Source of the DNA: Vermamoeba vermiformis
Lineage: Eukaryota
Direction of reading: 5' to 3'
DNA: 64,000 nucleotides
NCBI GenBank assembly: GCA_045837725.1
Contig: JBEWZL010000075.1
Span: 62,001-126,000, forward strand
Shown: positions 16,382-30,129 of the stretch, piece after piece
How positions within the stretch are numbered: the stretch's first letter is position 1
How the letters are laid out: each line of letters begins with the position of its first letter
Made by a program: the position numbers and the translations under genes
Notes under the pieces: model-generated
Told to the model about the DNA's origin: nothing
The model's database searches: none
The model's input: the letters and a program-made list of their open reading frames with translations, nothing else

Positions 16382-16778
16382 TCTATAAACAAATAAATAA
16401 GGTTCAAAATTGAGGCTTCGCTTTCTATTCTACAAATATAAACTACAATTTACAAAAATAAACAAGGGGAGGTTGTTGAATTGAGACGTTGTTCTCTATT
16501 CTTAGTTAGTGACGAAAAAAGTTTTCGAAACGCCCTTGAACAAACAATTTTTTTGTTCGTCGGTTTTGCTTCTCGGATCCCAGGTCTCCCAAGTCAAATT
16601 TGACTCAACCAATTCGAGATTTTTGTGGACAGAAAGGCCAGATGGCTACTCTTCAATTCCTGGAGCGATTCAAAATTCTTATTCAATCTTACTACATCGA
16701 GATTGAACAGATCCAAAGACTAAGAATAACGTAGGTAAACATCAAATCAATATTATTTACAAGTTAATGTACAAGAGG

Positions 16779-17889
16779 TTATTCAGGACTCGTATGAACC
16801 GCTGATTGCAAGTATTTGTCCGAAATAAATGACTTGAGGCCCAGTACTCCTTCGTTGATCTGTTGCAGCGTGTGCTCTAACTTCGATACGGAATTCAATA
16901 TATCATTCCAATCTATTGCTGCCGCAGTAGGCTGGTCTGACAACGCAGTATTCGTTTGTTGCTGATTGTTTGAAGTCACTGTCGTGCCGTGCCCTAAGTA
17001 TTGGACGTCTTTAAGTTGCGCTTGCTCCAGCTCAGGTGAGGTACTAGTATTAATTATATTTGTATTATTAGCCTCGCGCGGGCCTGTTGAGTCATCGTCA
17101 TTGTCGAAATTATGCAGCTCTTCTGTATTCACTCGCTTAGCAGACACCATGATCTCCTCGGCCTTGAAACCGAACAGCTGGTCGAGTATAGGAACGGGAT
17201 GGTCTTTATTTCTGCAGGGTTTGAATTAGTAACTAGCTTTCGGATCTCGATCGCGAAGATCGTGACTCAACTTACTCAGGAATGTACTTCATAGTACTAC
17301 AATTGAACAAGACTTTCGACGTCCTTTTGTTCTACGGTTTCTTCAATGAGCTGCTGGTCCCTAGTCCAAACTAGCAACCGCAACCCGCGTACATAGTCCC
17401 TGTGCAACCAGAATTAGAATATGCACAATTAATTATTATACATAATGTATGTTACCTGTAATCCTTCTGAAATAGAGTTATTTGACTGTTTCTGAAGTAT
17501 TTCCACATGTAACGGTACCTTTCCGATCCAACCAGTTAGAAAATTCAGAGAAAATAATGTGGCAATAATGCTATATTTTTAACGACTATAGACGTTGGAA
17601 TTAACATTAAATACGCTGATTCAATTTGTCCTGGAATTTTCTGGATAAATAAATTGACTTGATTGATAGAATGACTTGGCCAGTTTATCCATTAAAAAAA
17701 CAACGATTATTATATTTATGCATGAACTTACATTGCGTTTCTGGCCAAGCGCAAATCCGACGGGATCATTTTTTCATACAGGTTGTAGATCGCGTCTTTT
17801 AGCGTTGAAGCAGTCTTATCAACTCTAAAATATACTCTAAAGAAGCAACCTAGTACATCGTACTTCCATTGCTTCGTTGCTTTCGGCAT
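16779..17889 (-). CDS. Hypothetical protein with a C-terminal coiled coil
   Basis: ORF pieces MPKATKQWKYDVLGCFFRVYF... and ...IDWNDILNSVSKLEHTLQQINEG... separated by GT-AG introns; middle exon structure ambiguous. Confidence 0.55.
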
Positions 17890-17997
17890 TGTGGCTGCAG
17901 ATCCAACATTGCAACAAAAATAGCGGAAATCTTGGTTCGAAAACAAACAAAGCGTTTAATTTTTCGCAAATAACCGTTATTTATTACTTTAAACATA

Positions 17998-19228
17998 TTA
18001 ATCCGAGCCAGAGCCCTCGTCATCAGCTTCGTTGTCGTATTGAACTTCTTCCTCGATCGTCTTGTTCCAGTCTTTCATCTTCGCACCCAACATGAAATCA
18101 TCGCGCAAGGCACCCCATTTAGGACCTTCATCACGCTCCTTAGGAATAGAGTCGTCTGTCTTCTTGGCTGCTGGTTTTTGTTTGGCGGATGCGGCGTCCT
18201 TCTTGGTCGTAGCAGTTTGCTTGTTATTAGCGAGTACTGGCGACTTAGTCTTCCTAGTGACAATATCTTGTGCTTGTTCGGCAGTAATTTCTTTCTTATT
18301 TGACGTCTTCAACAGCTCTAAGAACTTCTCTTTGGACAACTTGCTCATCTTTTCAAAATTACGATGTGAAGCCTCTTCATTGCCAATTAATTTCTGTTGT
18401 TTGTTGACTGCATTGAATAACTTGACAACTATATAATAATTAAGTATATTGCATTGCTTAACAGCGTTTTATAGCACTTACCACCACGTGTAGCAATTTT
18501 ACGGAGTTTTGATTCGTGTTCTGCGTTAGTGAAGTCTGGAATCTTGTGATCTTTGTTCAATAGCAGTTGCTTTTGTTTTTGTGAGAGCTAAAAGTGATTA
18601 AGAAGGTTAATTTAAGGATTTGCATTCCAAAACCGTTGATCTCGATCCCTTACTCTGTCGTGTTTCTCTTTTTCTTTAGTCTCCTTCTTTAATTGAATAA
18701 TTTCTTTGCTCTTAGCAATGACAGGCTCTTCCTATAATATGGAGTATTAATATTTTGCTTTCAGCCTCGAGGTAATCAACTTACAACATCTGCTCGCTTG
18801 TTCAAAATGGCCTGGATCGCACTTGCGAAAGACTCTCCAGGTTCTCTTTTAGGTGCTGCTCGTATAATAATTTTGGTTAGTATTGGAACAGAATTGGAGA
18901 CGGTTGAGAAAGATCTTAATCCGATCGCAGATCAGATCGTGAATTTGTGCGGTAATAAATTCTCAAAAAAACAAAATAATAACGTAAATATGATGTAATA
19001 AATATTCGTACCTTCTACTTTCTCTTTTGGTTTATTCTCTTGTTTCTTTTGTTCGACATCTTGATCGGATTCGTCTCCATTTTCTTCAGTCTGTTTAGCG
19101 TGCGCTGTTTTTTGTTTTTTCTGTTTCTTAGAGCCTTTTTGTTGCAATTTTCGCTTCTTCCTCATTTTCTTCTCGTCATTATCGTCCATAAAATCAACGA
19201 CTCCTAATGCGGGTTCCAACGACGTCAT
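17998..19228 (-). CDS. RRP15: RRP15-like ribosome biogenesis protein
   Basis: Spliced ESKLRKIATRGVVKLFNAVNKQQ; LSKEKFLELLK; W..LRDDFMLGAKMKDW. Confidence 0.88.
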
Positions 19229-19414
19229 CGTATGTATGTAATGTTAGATGTACTGCTGGTCTATTAAACAATAAGTAAAATACAATGGCGTTCAGAAAAT
19301 TCTGTTCGGCCCAAAGCCAGCCGAAATTTTTTGTGCGTTGATCATTTTTGAACGTTATCCTACTTAAGAACCAAGATTTAATTGAATTATTATATAGCAC
19401 AAGATAGCTCAATA

Positions 19415-20349
19415 ATGGATTTCTTACAAGCTGCAAATGAGAACGATTTGGAGGCAATTAAATCGTTGTTGGAATCTGGAAAAAAGCCTGATTTTAATAT
19501 AACGTAAGATTTGTATTTATTATCGTTAGTATTATATATTTACACCACAAAAATACCTTTGTTTATTGTTTAGATTTTTCTACAATTTTTCTAATTTTAA
19601 TGTTTTTTGTTTGACAGCGATGAAATGGACATGAATTTGCTTAGTATTGTTGCCGAGCAAGGAAATATGGATATATTTAATGCGTTATTGCCATATGCAC
19701 CTAAAGATCTGGCTAGTATTAAGTAAGTCCACAAGCGACTCTTCATCTGATAACTTTCTCATATTTGCTTAGAGATAAGAACAACTGCACAGTACTTCAC
19801 TTCGCAACAAGTCTAAGTGAGAATAGTGAATTAATAGAGCTTATTATAAAGCATTCTAGTGGGTAAGTGTAGCGGATCTGCGTGTTGAAAGTAAATCGCT
19901 AATTTTTATTCGATTAGATTGTTAACTGTACCTGATTCTACTGGTGCATTGCCTTCACATTGGGTCTGCAAGCATGGGTATGTATTATAATTACGAATAC
20001 AATTCTTCGTACTTGCTAGTACTTACTGATCGACTTAGTTACGCGGATTTGCTCCCGTTAGTAGCCGCGCACGAAGAGACTAAGCAAGCAGTAGACGAGC
20101 ATGGCTGGACTCCACTACATTTTGCAGCAGCGAACAACAGAACTGCGTGTGTTGAGTGGTTGTTGCAGAACGGGGCTGACAAGTCCATCCGCGACAAGTC
20201 TAATCGTAAGTGATATAACTAAATATCGAGTATATATTTTAATTATAATTGTTGTTTGATGTATATGGTATTAATAACTGTTTTAAGGATCTGCGCTGGA
20301 TCTGGCAGACCAAAGACAATACTTGGACGTTGTAGAGTTGTTACAATAA
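19415..20349 (+). CDS. Small ankyrin-repeat protein
   Basis: Spliced MDFLQAANENDLEAIKSLL...; NCTVLHFA; HGWTPLHFAAANNRTACVEWLLQNGAD; SALDLA; five introns. Confidence 0.88.
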
Positions 20350-20545
20350 GGGTATTATAATAAATATGGCATGTATTATAACGATATTGGATACTTGGTG
20401 CAGTACATTATGTTCTTTATTGCGTTATAATGCCCGTACAAAAAATTCTTGGTTCAAATTTCAGATCTCGGTCTGTTTGGCATTTTTTTTCTGTTGTTGG
20501 TGCGTGATAGCATAAACCAGTACATATACATATACAGCAACAATA

Positions 20546-21230
20546 ATGAAGATTGTGGCAAAGTTTGCTCGTTCTCCAGCTCATCGACGAATGATGATGC
20601 GAAACTTGGTTACCAACTTAATCGAGCACAATCAAATTAAGACCACCCTCGTTAAGGCCAAAGAGGCACGAAGACATGCTGATAAGATGGTTGGATTGGC
20701 TAAGCAAGGTAATTTTTAAATTAATTATTATCACATCCAATTTTTATTATTTATTATTGAACTCACTATTGAATACCTTATTGCTTATTTTAATAATAAT
20801 TCATAAATATACTGCACCAATATTTATTTTAAAATTATTGTAATTATAAATATCGTTGTCCATCTGCTAAAAATATTCATCCGATCTAGGCACTCTGCAC
20901 GCTCGACGATTAGCCTCTGCATTTATTACTAAGCCTAATGTCGTCAGCAAATTGTTCACAGAATTCCCTGATAAATACAAAGACCGCACCGGTGGTTTCA
21001 CTCGCATCTACAACGCTGGCTTGCGTAACGGAGATCGCGCTCAAATGGCTATTATTGGTATGATATTGATTTGAATATTAGGACGCGTATTAATATAGTG
21101 TGCAGAATATTTGACAAGCGATCACCAAAAGAAAGAAAAGAAATCAAAATACATTAAACCAGCCACATCCACCAACAACACTAACCAAACTACTGAAACT
21201 AAAGATAACACCACTGAGGAGAGTAAATAA
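20546..21230 (+). CDS. MRPL17: Bacterial-type ribosomal protein bL17 (mitochondrial L17)
   Basis: RSPAHRRMMMRNLVTNLIEHNQIKTTLVKAKE; KLFTEFPDKYKDRTGGFTRI; RNGDRAQMAIIE; missed by the ORF track because of two introns. Confidence 0.93.
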
Positions 21231-21411
21231 GCGGACGTATATATAGAGCAGATGAAAATGAATGAGGACTAATTGCAGTCATGTAAAAATTTATAAACCA
21301 ATAGTTTACATTTAGATCGGATCCAAACAGATTATAATGCAATTTCGAGGACAATACTGGGTGTATTTATTTGTACAAGTTTAAATGCTAGAATATTACA
21401 GTTTAATATTA

Positions 21412-24400
21412 TTATTTCAGCGTTCTGCCGTGGCTCTGGATCAGCGCGTCAATGTCACCTGTCACGCTGCCAGTGTCGGGGCGAGTAGTGCCCGGTGCTG
21501 CGAGTTGTAACAAGACATTCAGAACGGCCTCTTCGTCACTGCTGCGCCGAGGGGGCACAGGACCAGCGACTTCACCGACAGTCAGATCTATCGTCGTGGA
21601 TTCAGCCGAGCTCGTTTGTTGTGCGTCAGTGCTTTCAATGCTCATCATAGAGGTTGGCTTGACGTCTACAACTTCAATAGGGACCTCGACGACTGGTTCT
21701 GGGTCTGACTTGAGTGGTTCAGCTACTGTCTTCTTGCGTCGTCCTCCGCGGCCAGTGGTGGGTGCGGGGCTCGTGGTCGGTGTGTCAACAGGAGCGGGGC
21801 TAGACAGGCCTGAACCACGCTTGGCAGGCTTGCTAGTGCTCGCAGGACTGGAGGTAGTCGGTGGCGGACTGCTGCTGCGTCGATTCTTGGCGCGTGTGGC
21901 TCGTTCACTTTCAACCACAGGAGTCTTGTTCACGGTGGCTGAAAACGGCTCCGTGATTTGAATCACTCGTCCAAAAAGGAGGCGAGTCTCCTTTACGGGC
22001 TTCTCTTCTTGTGCCTCTTCAGCTTCAGGTTCAGTGTCGTTGCCGTTTTCAGCAGCTGCGGGCTCGGGCTCGGGCTTGGGTTCGGGCTCGGGCTTTGGAT
22101 CCCGGGGTATCAACTTCGTCTCTGGACTGTAGTGCGGATCGTGTTGTTTGCGGTACTCGTGCACGTACGGCAAGAGATTGCTTTTCTCGGGCTGCAAGTA
22201 CAGGCGCAGTCGTGCTGCGTCTTCGAGACTCTCGCCCAGTCTGAGACCTAGCTTCAGGCGCAGAGCTCTCGTGCACTCTTGCATATTGAGCTCGTCGAAT
22301 TGGATGAAAGCAGACGCTGGCTGCCACGTGTAAGGTGCCTTAGGGTCGCACAAGAACACCACGCAGCGCAACTCTTCGCCGCGCTTGGGTACCTTGTAAC
22401 GCAAAATGCGACCAGGCAATCGTGGCTCCGCGGCCACTTTGATCACTGCTGCAGGCCATTGCGGGTAACCGTTCATTTTGATGAACACCACGTCGTCAAA
22501 ATCATTTTCGTTGAACACGTGTTCAATGTGGCGGAAGATGTGACGCAGCTTTTTCATCTCTTCTTCTTTGAGTTGCTTCTTCAACAGTTCATTCGCAAGG
22601 TCATCCGGATCTGATTTGCGCGTCCTTCGTGCCCCACGAGCATAAGTGCCGCGCGGTGATTTTTTTGGCAAAGTATTTTCTTTTTGTTCTTCTTTCGGTT
22701 CTTCTTTTTCTGCTTCTTTTTCTTCTCTCTCTTTTAATTTTTCTTCTTTTTGTTTCTCCTTCTCTTTAGCTTTCTCTTTCTCTTTCGGTTTCTTTTCTTC
22801 AGTGGCCTCTTTCATGGGCTCGTCTTCGTCTTCATTCAACACTGGAGCTTGAGGCAGTTTGACACTCGTGTCGAGACTGACACTGTCCGCGTACTTGGCG
22901 GGCAATGATGTCTTGCGGCCTCGTCGGGTTCGCTTGCTCTCATCGTCCATTGAGGATGTGAGCAGTGCCTCAGCAACTGCAGGTTCGTCTTTGACATTCT
23001 TAGGCTCAGTTGACTTTTTACTTGTCGTGTCTTGCATCGCCGTGTCATCAGCTGACGAGGCCAAGCTGTTCGTGTTGTTGTTGTTCTCAGAGCTGTTGCG
23101 CAGACTTCGGATCTTTCTCAACCCGCGGCGAAGCTTGGGCGCCTCTTCTTCTGGCTCTATTTTCTCGCTTTCTTTCATATCTAACGACATCAAGTCTTGT
23201 GCGGCGTCATTGTTGGCCGCATTGGTATTGTTGGTATTGCTGTTGATATTGTTATTGGAATTATTATTCGTGTTATTAGTAGCGGCGTTTGTGTTATTAG
23301 TGGTGTTGGTGATATTTTCCGTGGCAGAGCTGTTGCGGAGACCTCTTCGTCTCGGCGTCTTAACTTCAGGTTCTTTTTCTTCTTTCAACTTGGCTCGCTC
23401 TTCTTCTTGTCGCTGTTGCTCCTCTTCTTCTTGTCGCAATTTTTCCATTTCTTTCAGTTCCAATGCGACCAGATCCAACATAACCGAATCATGCGTCGAA
23501 GAGTCAACAAAGAGGTCGTTATTGCTGTCGCTAATTTCATCGTCGTAAGTGTTGTTGTTGAGCGCAGTTTTGACAATGGTGTTCGCGTCAGGATGTTGCA
23601 GCAGCGACAGCAGTGCCTCGACTGACACGGTGCTGCCAGTCACTTCAATCAATTCACGTGCCAATTCACGCGTGCGTCGTCGTTTAGGTTTGGGCTCGTC
23701 TTCATCGAGGTCCAGTGGCACGTCCACACTGCTTCGTTTTCGCTTCATGCCACGTCGTTTTTTGCCCGTTGAAGCGTCCTCGTCAAGCACGATTTCAGGG
23801 CTGTCAGTCAGCACGGAGGCACCGTTCTCACCTTCTTTCAGCTTCAATTTACGCTAAAAACATCAAAAATTAATCATCCAATCCAATTACAACAAATACA
23901 ACTATATTTAGACACTTACCAATAGTTTCTTGCGCTCAATGTCCTGTTGTGAATAGGCCGTGGCACTCGGTGTGACACCACGTGGTTTGACGTCATTGAC
24001 GCCCATCACGGCCTCGCTGCTGCGCTCAAAAGCTGGTGGCAGCACGACAGTCACGTCCATAAAGTTGTTTTCAGCGACCACGGACTCCGAGTACTCTTTG
24101 GGATTCAAGCCTCGTTTGCGCAAACACGCCGCACAGTTGCAGGTCTTGCGGCACGAGGGACACATCCAGATCGAGTCTTTGGACGCGTCAACGAATCGAA
24201 TCGCGTATCTGTTCCACAAACACATCGCGCAGTAGTGGAATGAACACGTGGTGCAGCGCACGATAAATTGTGATTTCTTGGCAATTTTGCATTGGTGGCA
24301 CGGCACTTTGTTTTGCTGCAGAATTAATAAATTAGATCGGATCCGATCCGTCATTTTTAATAATTTGTGGTATAGGACTTACGCGAGTATTATGGCGCAC

Positions 24401-26547
24401 AAAATTATAAGCTAACGTTGCAATATTGTGATTGGGAGCAAAACTAAATTTCTGCAAAGATTAAATCCATTAGTACCAATATTAATAATTCAAAATAGAA
24501 ATTTTTCATCCAGGCCTTACCTCAATGAACTCGCCCTCGACTTTGTGAATGAGACACAGCTTTTCATAAGCATCAACTGCAGCTTTCATATTGCTCATAA
24601 TTTCTCTGCGGGACAAGTACTCCATTAATTTCAACTGCGCGTTGTGGATGCAGCCTCGCGTCTCAGCCACGCAATCGAGACACACGTCATAATCGTTTTT
24701 GCATAAAGTGCAGTGATAACACCTGTAATAATAGGACTATTAGGAACACCTCTTGTTTGACCTGCTGAATTTTCAAGAAATCGAGATCGTGTTGGAAAAA
24801 CAGAAATACGAAATTTTAGCTTAAATAATAGTGTTTTGCTAGTATTATTATTATTTTAATAATAAATTTGTGGAACGATTCAATAAATATCTGCAATATA
24901 TCAAATGATAAAAATATCAAGTTCAGATCTCAAAAATGACAACAACAAGGACGTACCTCCAAAATATATCACAATTGCAATAATTACAGGTGCGCGAGTG
25001 TTTCAATGTGTCCGTGAACTTTTCAGTCGTAAATGCATCACCCCAGTTCTTAATCGCATCGGCCTCCACGGACTCGGATTCGACAATTTCATCGACGAGG
25101 CGCAACAAGGGCGGGAATTCTTTCAACAATTTCTTGTCGTAATCACCGCGCTGCACTCTGCGCGCTCGATTGACCATCGCGTAATAAGCAATTGTTTTGA
25201 TGCGATAAACTTCGGTCTTGCACATGGAATGGTACAACGGCAAGACATTGTGATAACTCAGCCCTATTGTGCTCGGTGTTATTCTGTTCCACGCTATTTT
25301 AATTTGACGACCACCCTGCATATATATCGTTAATATTACAGTTAAACAAGAAAATAAAAATTTTGCGAAACGGATGTAGCAAGAAAAATAAAGTGTCAAA
25401 AACAAGGTACAATTGTATAACTATACGCACCATATTAACTACTTGATGTGGCGATTCAGGCGGTACTAAAACGAAATCTCCTTCGCGTTGTTTGATAACG
25501 TAGATCGGACAGTCAGCTTTTTTCAGCTGTTCAGGACTCAAAAAACAATTGTCGTGATCTAACATGCCGCCATTGCTCTTCCACACCTCTGTTGCACGAT
25601 CTTTATCGTCTATATTTAATGGTGCGTTAATTACCAGTCTCGAACAATTGTTTCAAATCCGGATTCAAATTGGTTTTGAAAATAGCACTCAATGAACTGC
25701 GATATAGCTATAAATATAGTACTTACGACGCCCCATGCAGAACCACATGGAGAATGCTTGCGGCTCAGCATAGACCATCACATTGTGACCGAGACTGCCG
25801 CAGATGTCTTTGTGGCCAGGAGTCCAGACCTTTTCAGGCCCAATATAGACCATCAATGTCACTGGCTGCAGTTCTCTATAATTAACATCGCTTAGTATCG
25901 ATATCGATTCTTATATTTGCGCTGTTCTTACTTATCAATGTCGCTGACCAGATCGTTGTGCTCGTAACAGAAGTAATCCTTCAGTTTATCGGACAAATAG
26001 CGACGCCAAGGCTCAGGACAAGTAACATCTTTGCCATATAAGCGATGAGGTCTATTTTCTACTGGTCTAAAAGCAAGATCAAGTCAATATTGAGAATAAA
26101 ATTGTCGATCAATTATTTAAATCGTGACTGAGATTTCAAGCTACGCAAATTTAAGTAGACATACTTTAGAAAATATTCCACGTAAGAGCCGACAGTCCAG
26201 TTCTCCAGATCGACCAATTTTTCCGTATCTCGCGGTGAGTTGATCATTGGCGCTGCACCGAAATTGTCTTTGAGCCAATGCCAACTAAATAATTCGCGAT
26301 CCCATCCTTTAGTTACATCCTCGACGACGAGCGGAATGCCTTCTTGAATGACTTTCTGCTCGAATAGTTCTTCTGTTAGCTCTGAAAACTTGATGCGCGG
26401 TGCGTGTTTGAAATTTGATTGTGGGTCACTTAATATAGCATCAACTGTAGCTTCGAAGTCATCTCCTATTTGTGGTGGCTTCAAGTCACCAAGCTCACTC
26501 GCATCGGACGGATTTTGACCTCCGGTTGCATATTTGACTGGTTGCAT
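21412..26547 (-). CDS. JmjC-domain chromatin protein with Cys-rich (ZZ-like) finger, zf-4CXXC_R1 finger and PWWP domain
   Basis: JmjC: LMVYIGPEKVWTPGHKD, QREGDFVLVPPESPHQVVN, KIAWN; CNYCNC..CYHCTLC..CLDC; CHQCK..CTTC..YCAMCLWNRY..WMCPSCRKTCNCAAC; VFIKMNGYPQWPA. Exons can be joined in frame by GT-AG introns. Confidence 0.85.
23215..23315 (-). repeat. Asn/Thr-rich low-complexity coding tract
   Basis: Translates to NITNTTNNTNAATNNTNNNSNNNINSNTNNTNAANN. Confidence 0.75.
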
Positions 26548-26963
26548 TATCGCGTTATATTTAATTAGAACGGATTAATAATATAAATAATATTCGTCGC
26601 GTTCTAATTAATTTTGAAGCTTAAGAATAAGAATTAGTTTGGTCGTAAACTAGATTCTTCTTGCAGATGCCGTAAAGCAGCGCGATTTGCGGCTAAAAAT
26701 AGATAAATATATTATACACCGCTATTATCTGCTTATGCGATACTTGAGCTTCAGCTGCGTGTTCGTCAGCTCAAGTTTTGGATCAAAACAGCTTTTCATG
26801 AACGCGTTGAATAAAATTGATTGAAACTCAGCCCTGGTCCGTCAAAATTCTGCGATAAAACACGCTACCACACCGCTAGTCTGTTTAATATTTGCCCGCG
26901 GAGACTTAAGGCGAGCAATCGATATTTTGTTTGGTGACTCATCGAACTTCAAAACAGATCAGA

Positions 26964-29900
26964 ATGGCGAATCAAGTTCAGAGCTCTGCAGGTAATTTTA
27001 TGGATAGAATATTATATAGTATGGCGTTATTCTTGAATTGTATCAATTTTCAATCAAGCAATGGAAAGGCAATGATCCGATCGGAAAGTGACGTCAAAAA
27101 TATTTTCAAAAAATATTTAAACATGGAGGACGCTATTTTTATATAATTTTTGTATCATATTAGCTATACCGAGGATTGATTTTCTGATTCTTTTATTTTT
27201 AAGTGAGATGGACAAGCCAGCTGATCCTCAACAACAAAGATGAGCTGCGCCGTCTTGGGCTATCATTGAGTGAAAAGAATAATAAACGCGGTGTATTCTC
27301 ATGGCGAAAGGGCTCTGAATTGAACTTGGGCGCGTTAATACAACCCTTCGGAACCACATCCGCTCTCGACCTACGCTTACCCAAGTAAGTCCGATAATCC
27401 TTATACGATCAGAATTATTAACATCCATAGTAGATCGCCCCCTCGCTGCGCTAAATGCCGATCTTATATCTGCAATAGATCTACCATTGAAATCAGCACC
27501 GGTACGCGGATCAAATCCCCTCAATTAAAGCCCGTTGAAATAACAAATTCTAAATGTATATTGACAGGACAATGGAAATGTATATTTTGCCAAGCAGACA
27601 ACAAGACCACAGACTATTCTGTAGTTGAAGACAGATCTGCTCACGTAGAGCTGACTGAACCAGTTTATGAATTCGAAGAATTGAATGACACGAATATAGA
27701 CAATAATGCCATCAATACGAAGCCTCTTATAGTAATCATTGACTCGAATATTGATGCTGATGGTTTAAAGGTACAAAATTTTTCAACGCCACATCCACTC
27801 GGTCAAACTTTAATTTCTTCCTTTAATTATTCATAATACTAACCACTGAATATAGGGCATTAAGTCTGCACTCTCCACTCTCATAATGTCACGTCCAGCA
27901 CATGCGTTGACAGCTGTCATGAGTGTCGGTCGTACTGTCGGCGTATTTATCCTGTCACGTGACTTTGATCACGTGACACTACTGCGCGTGTCATCGACCC
28001 CCGATCAGCGGGCATTAGTTGCATTCACTGAACGGCGAGATGAGTTTCTAGTCACCGCTGAGCAATTGCCTAAAATAGAAACAGCGCTGGACAGCATGAT
28101 CAACAGCAGCGGAAAAAAACAAAAAGATCCGCCACGTGCTCTCGGTGCCGCATTGGAAGTGGCACTCGCCCTGCTTGAACGTATGTCCTTATTTGGCAAT
28201 TTAATATTGTATGTCATGAATTGACTTGACATTTTAGCCGTACAAATCGACAAGCCCACACGAGCAGCGGAAGAACAGGACGAAGAAGGGTTCACTGAAT
28301 CACATGCCATCCATCACGTGGGCGGTCACGTGCTCGTGTTGCTGAGTGGTCCGCCGAACTACGGGCATGGCGCGGTACCTAAAGGCGCGAGTTTTAATCG
28401 CAACAAAACTGTAAGTACTGGTGGCCATTACTTAATTTAGTAATAATCCGTCTCACGCCTTTCATGAACAGGACGAAGATGTGCAATTGGAACAAGCGGT
28501 TGAATTCTTCACGCGCACCGGTGACCGTGCGTGGCGGATGAATGTGACGGTGAATGTGTGCACGGCAGGCATGGAGAACTGCGAGCTCAAAGTGCTGCGA
28601 CAACTCACCACGCCGACTGGTGGTGTCGTGCTGTCACTGCCGGACTGGTCAGCCACACTGTCACGTGATCTATTGTCGCTCGATCAGTGTCGCGGATATG
28701 ACGCGCTGTTGTCCATCAGAACTGACGAGCGCGTGTCACTGATGCACATGATTGGTCCAGCGCGACAAGTGTCAAGTGGTACGAGACGATCTTTGACACG
28801 TTACATTGACAAGAATGACACGGCCACGATCTGTCAAGTGACAAGTGTCAATCAGTGGTCGACACTCGCACTGTACTTTGACCTCGATGAAGACCTCGCT
28901 GATGACGAGATAGTTTTCCAATTCACCGTGCAATACGCTGACACGCAGCTACGAAGGTTTGTTATTGACACGTTGAATTTGACACCTGTCATTACTGACA
29001 CTTGCGTTTAAGAGTGACACGTGTCATCACTGAGTCATTGAAGACAACAGGCAGCATCAGTACTTATTTGTCCTCATTCAATCTTGACAACTGTAAGTTC
29101 ATATTACACGCAGCACACTTGACATTAACACGTGCAATTAGGGCTGGTATTACTCGCCAAGAAGTGCGTGCTAGCAGCGGAACAAAACGAATCAGCTGTC
29201 GAAGCAGTTCATCAGGCGCTGTAAGTCACAGGCCACGATGTACTACATCCTCCTTAACCGACTAACACATTGCAGTGACGAGCGATTGAAGACAATTGTG
29301 CACAATGTCGGTGAGTTGAAAGACAACAATTACGTGCTGCCAACGACACTCGAGACCTTGCCATTCAAGTACGATCAGTCACACAACACTGAAGCGCTTG
29401 TATTAACACCTTCATTCGCAGAATATTCATGCTGCGACGTAGTCCAGTGCTGGGTCAAATACTGCAACACCCCGATGACGTCGAGTACTTGCGCGGTCTG
29501 TTCTTGGCCATGACACCTGACGCGTGTCAACGTGTCATTGAGCCACTTTTGTTGCTGGCCAGTCCCGAGAACAATTACACGCCAACACCGACTGTCGCTG
29601 AGAATTTAGTCCTGCAATCCAATCACGTGATTTTGTTTGATCAGCAGACCGATGTCTATATTTGGAGCGGTCAAAATGTACTCGGTGCTGAATACGACAA
29701 TGTGCGCAATCAATGCCGCGAAATCATTGATGACTTGGCGCAAGACAGATTCCCTAGACCCGTCATCAGAGTGTTTAATGTACGTTGTTTAATATTTAAG
29801 GACAGCTCGAGTAAGTTCTTACTTTTTATTACAGGAAAATCAACCGGACACGCGGTGGTTAGAGAGCAGATTGATCCCAGCACACCGAGACTCGTTCAAA

Positions 29901-30029
29901 GAACAAGTGCGCTCATTCCCCGCACTGCAACAACTCACCGACAAGATGTTGCAGCTGTTCATATCAAAATTTCAACGTACTGAAGAGCTGAGTTACAATC
30001 AGTATTACAAACAGCTGCTTGGCAGGTAA
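26964..30029 (+). CDS. Divergent Sec23/Sec24-family protein (Sec23-like)
   Basis: Zinc finger PPRCAKCRSYI...WKCIFC; trunk RALGAALEVAL and LLSGPPNYGHG; LTTPTGG; FQFTVQY...RRVTRV; LRRSPVLG; gelsolin-like ILFDQQTDVYIWSG; DRFPRP; RWLESRLIP. Confidence 0.85.
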
Positions 30030-30129
30030 AATATGTTAATAAAATGTAAATAGTTCTGAGAAAACGTGGTTCAGTGAACGAAATCTATTTACAAACATGT
30101 ACAATCTATTTACACGGGACTATTCATAT

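Noticed and set aside
17290-17400. In-frame stops suggesting a pseudogene or an alternative genetic code
   Set aside because: An additional ~50-nt intron ending at CCGTAG removes them, and all conserved genes here use standard stops.
20546-21230. Bacterial-like bL17 (and MnmA at 38759-40411) as recent horizontal transfers
   Set aside because: Both have spliceosomal introns and are expected nucleus-encoded mitochondrial proteins.
26742-26776. 9-bp inverted repeat ACTTGAGCT / AGCTCAAGT between the JmjC and Sec23 genes
   Set aside because: Single short stem with no further support; compatible with chance.
29221-29275. TCCTTAAC (U12 branch-like) in a Sec23 intron
   Set aside because: The donor is GTAAGT and a normal ACTAAC branch site lies closer to the AG, so it is U2-type.
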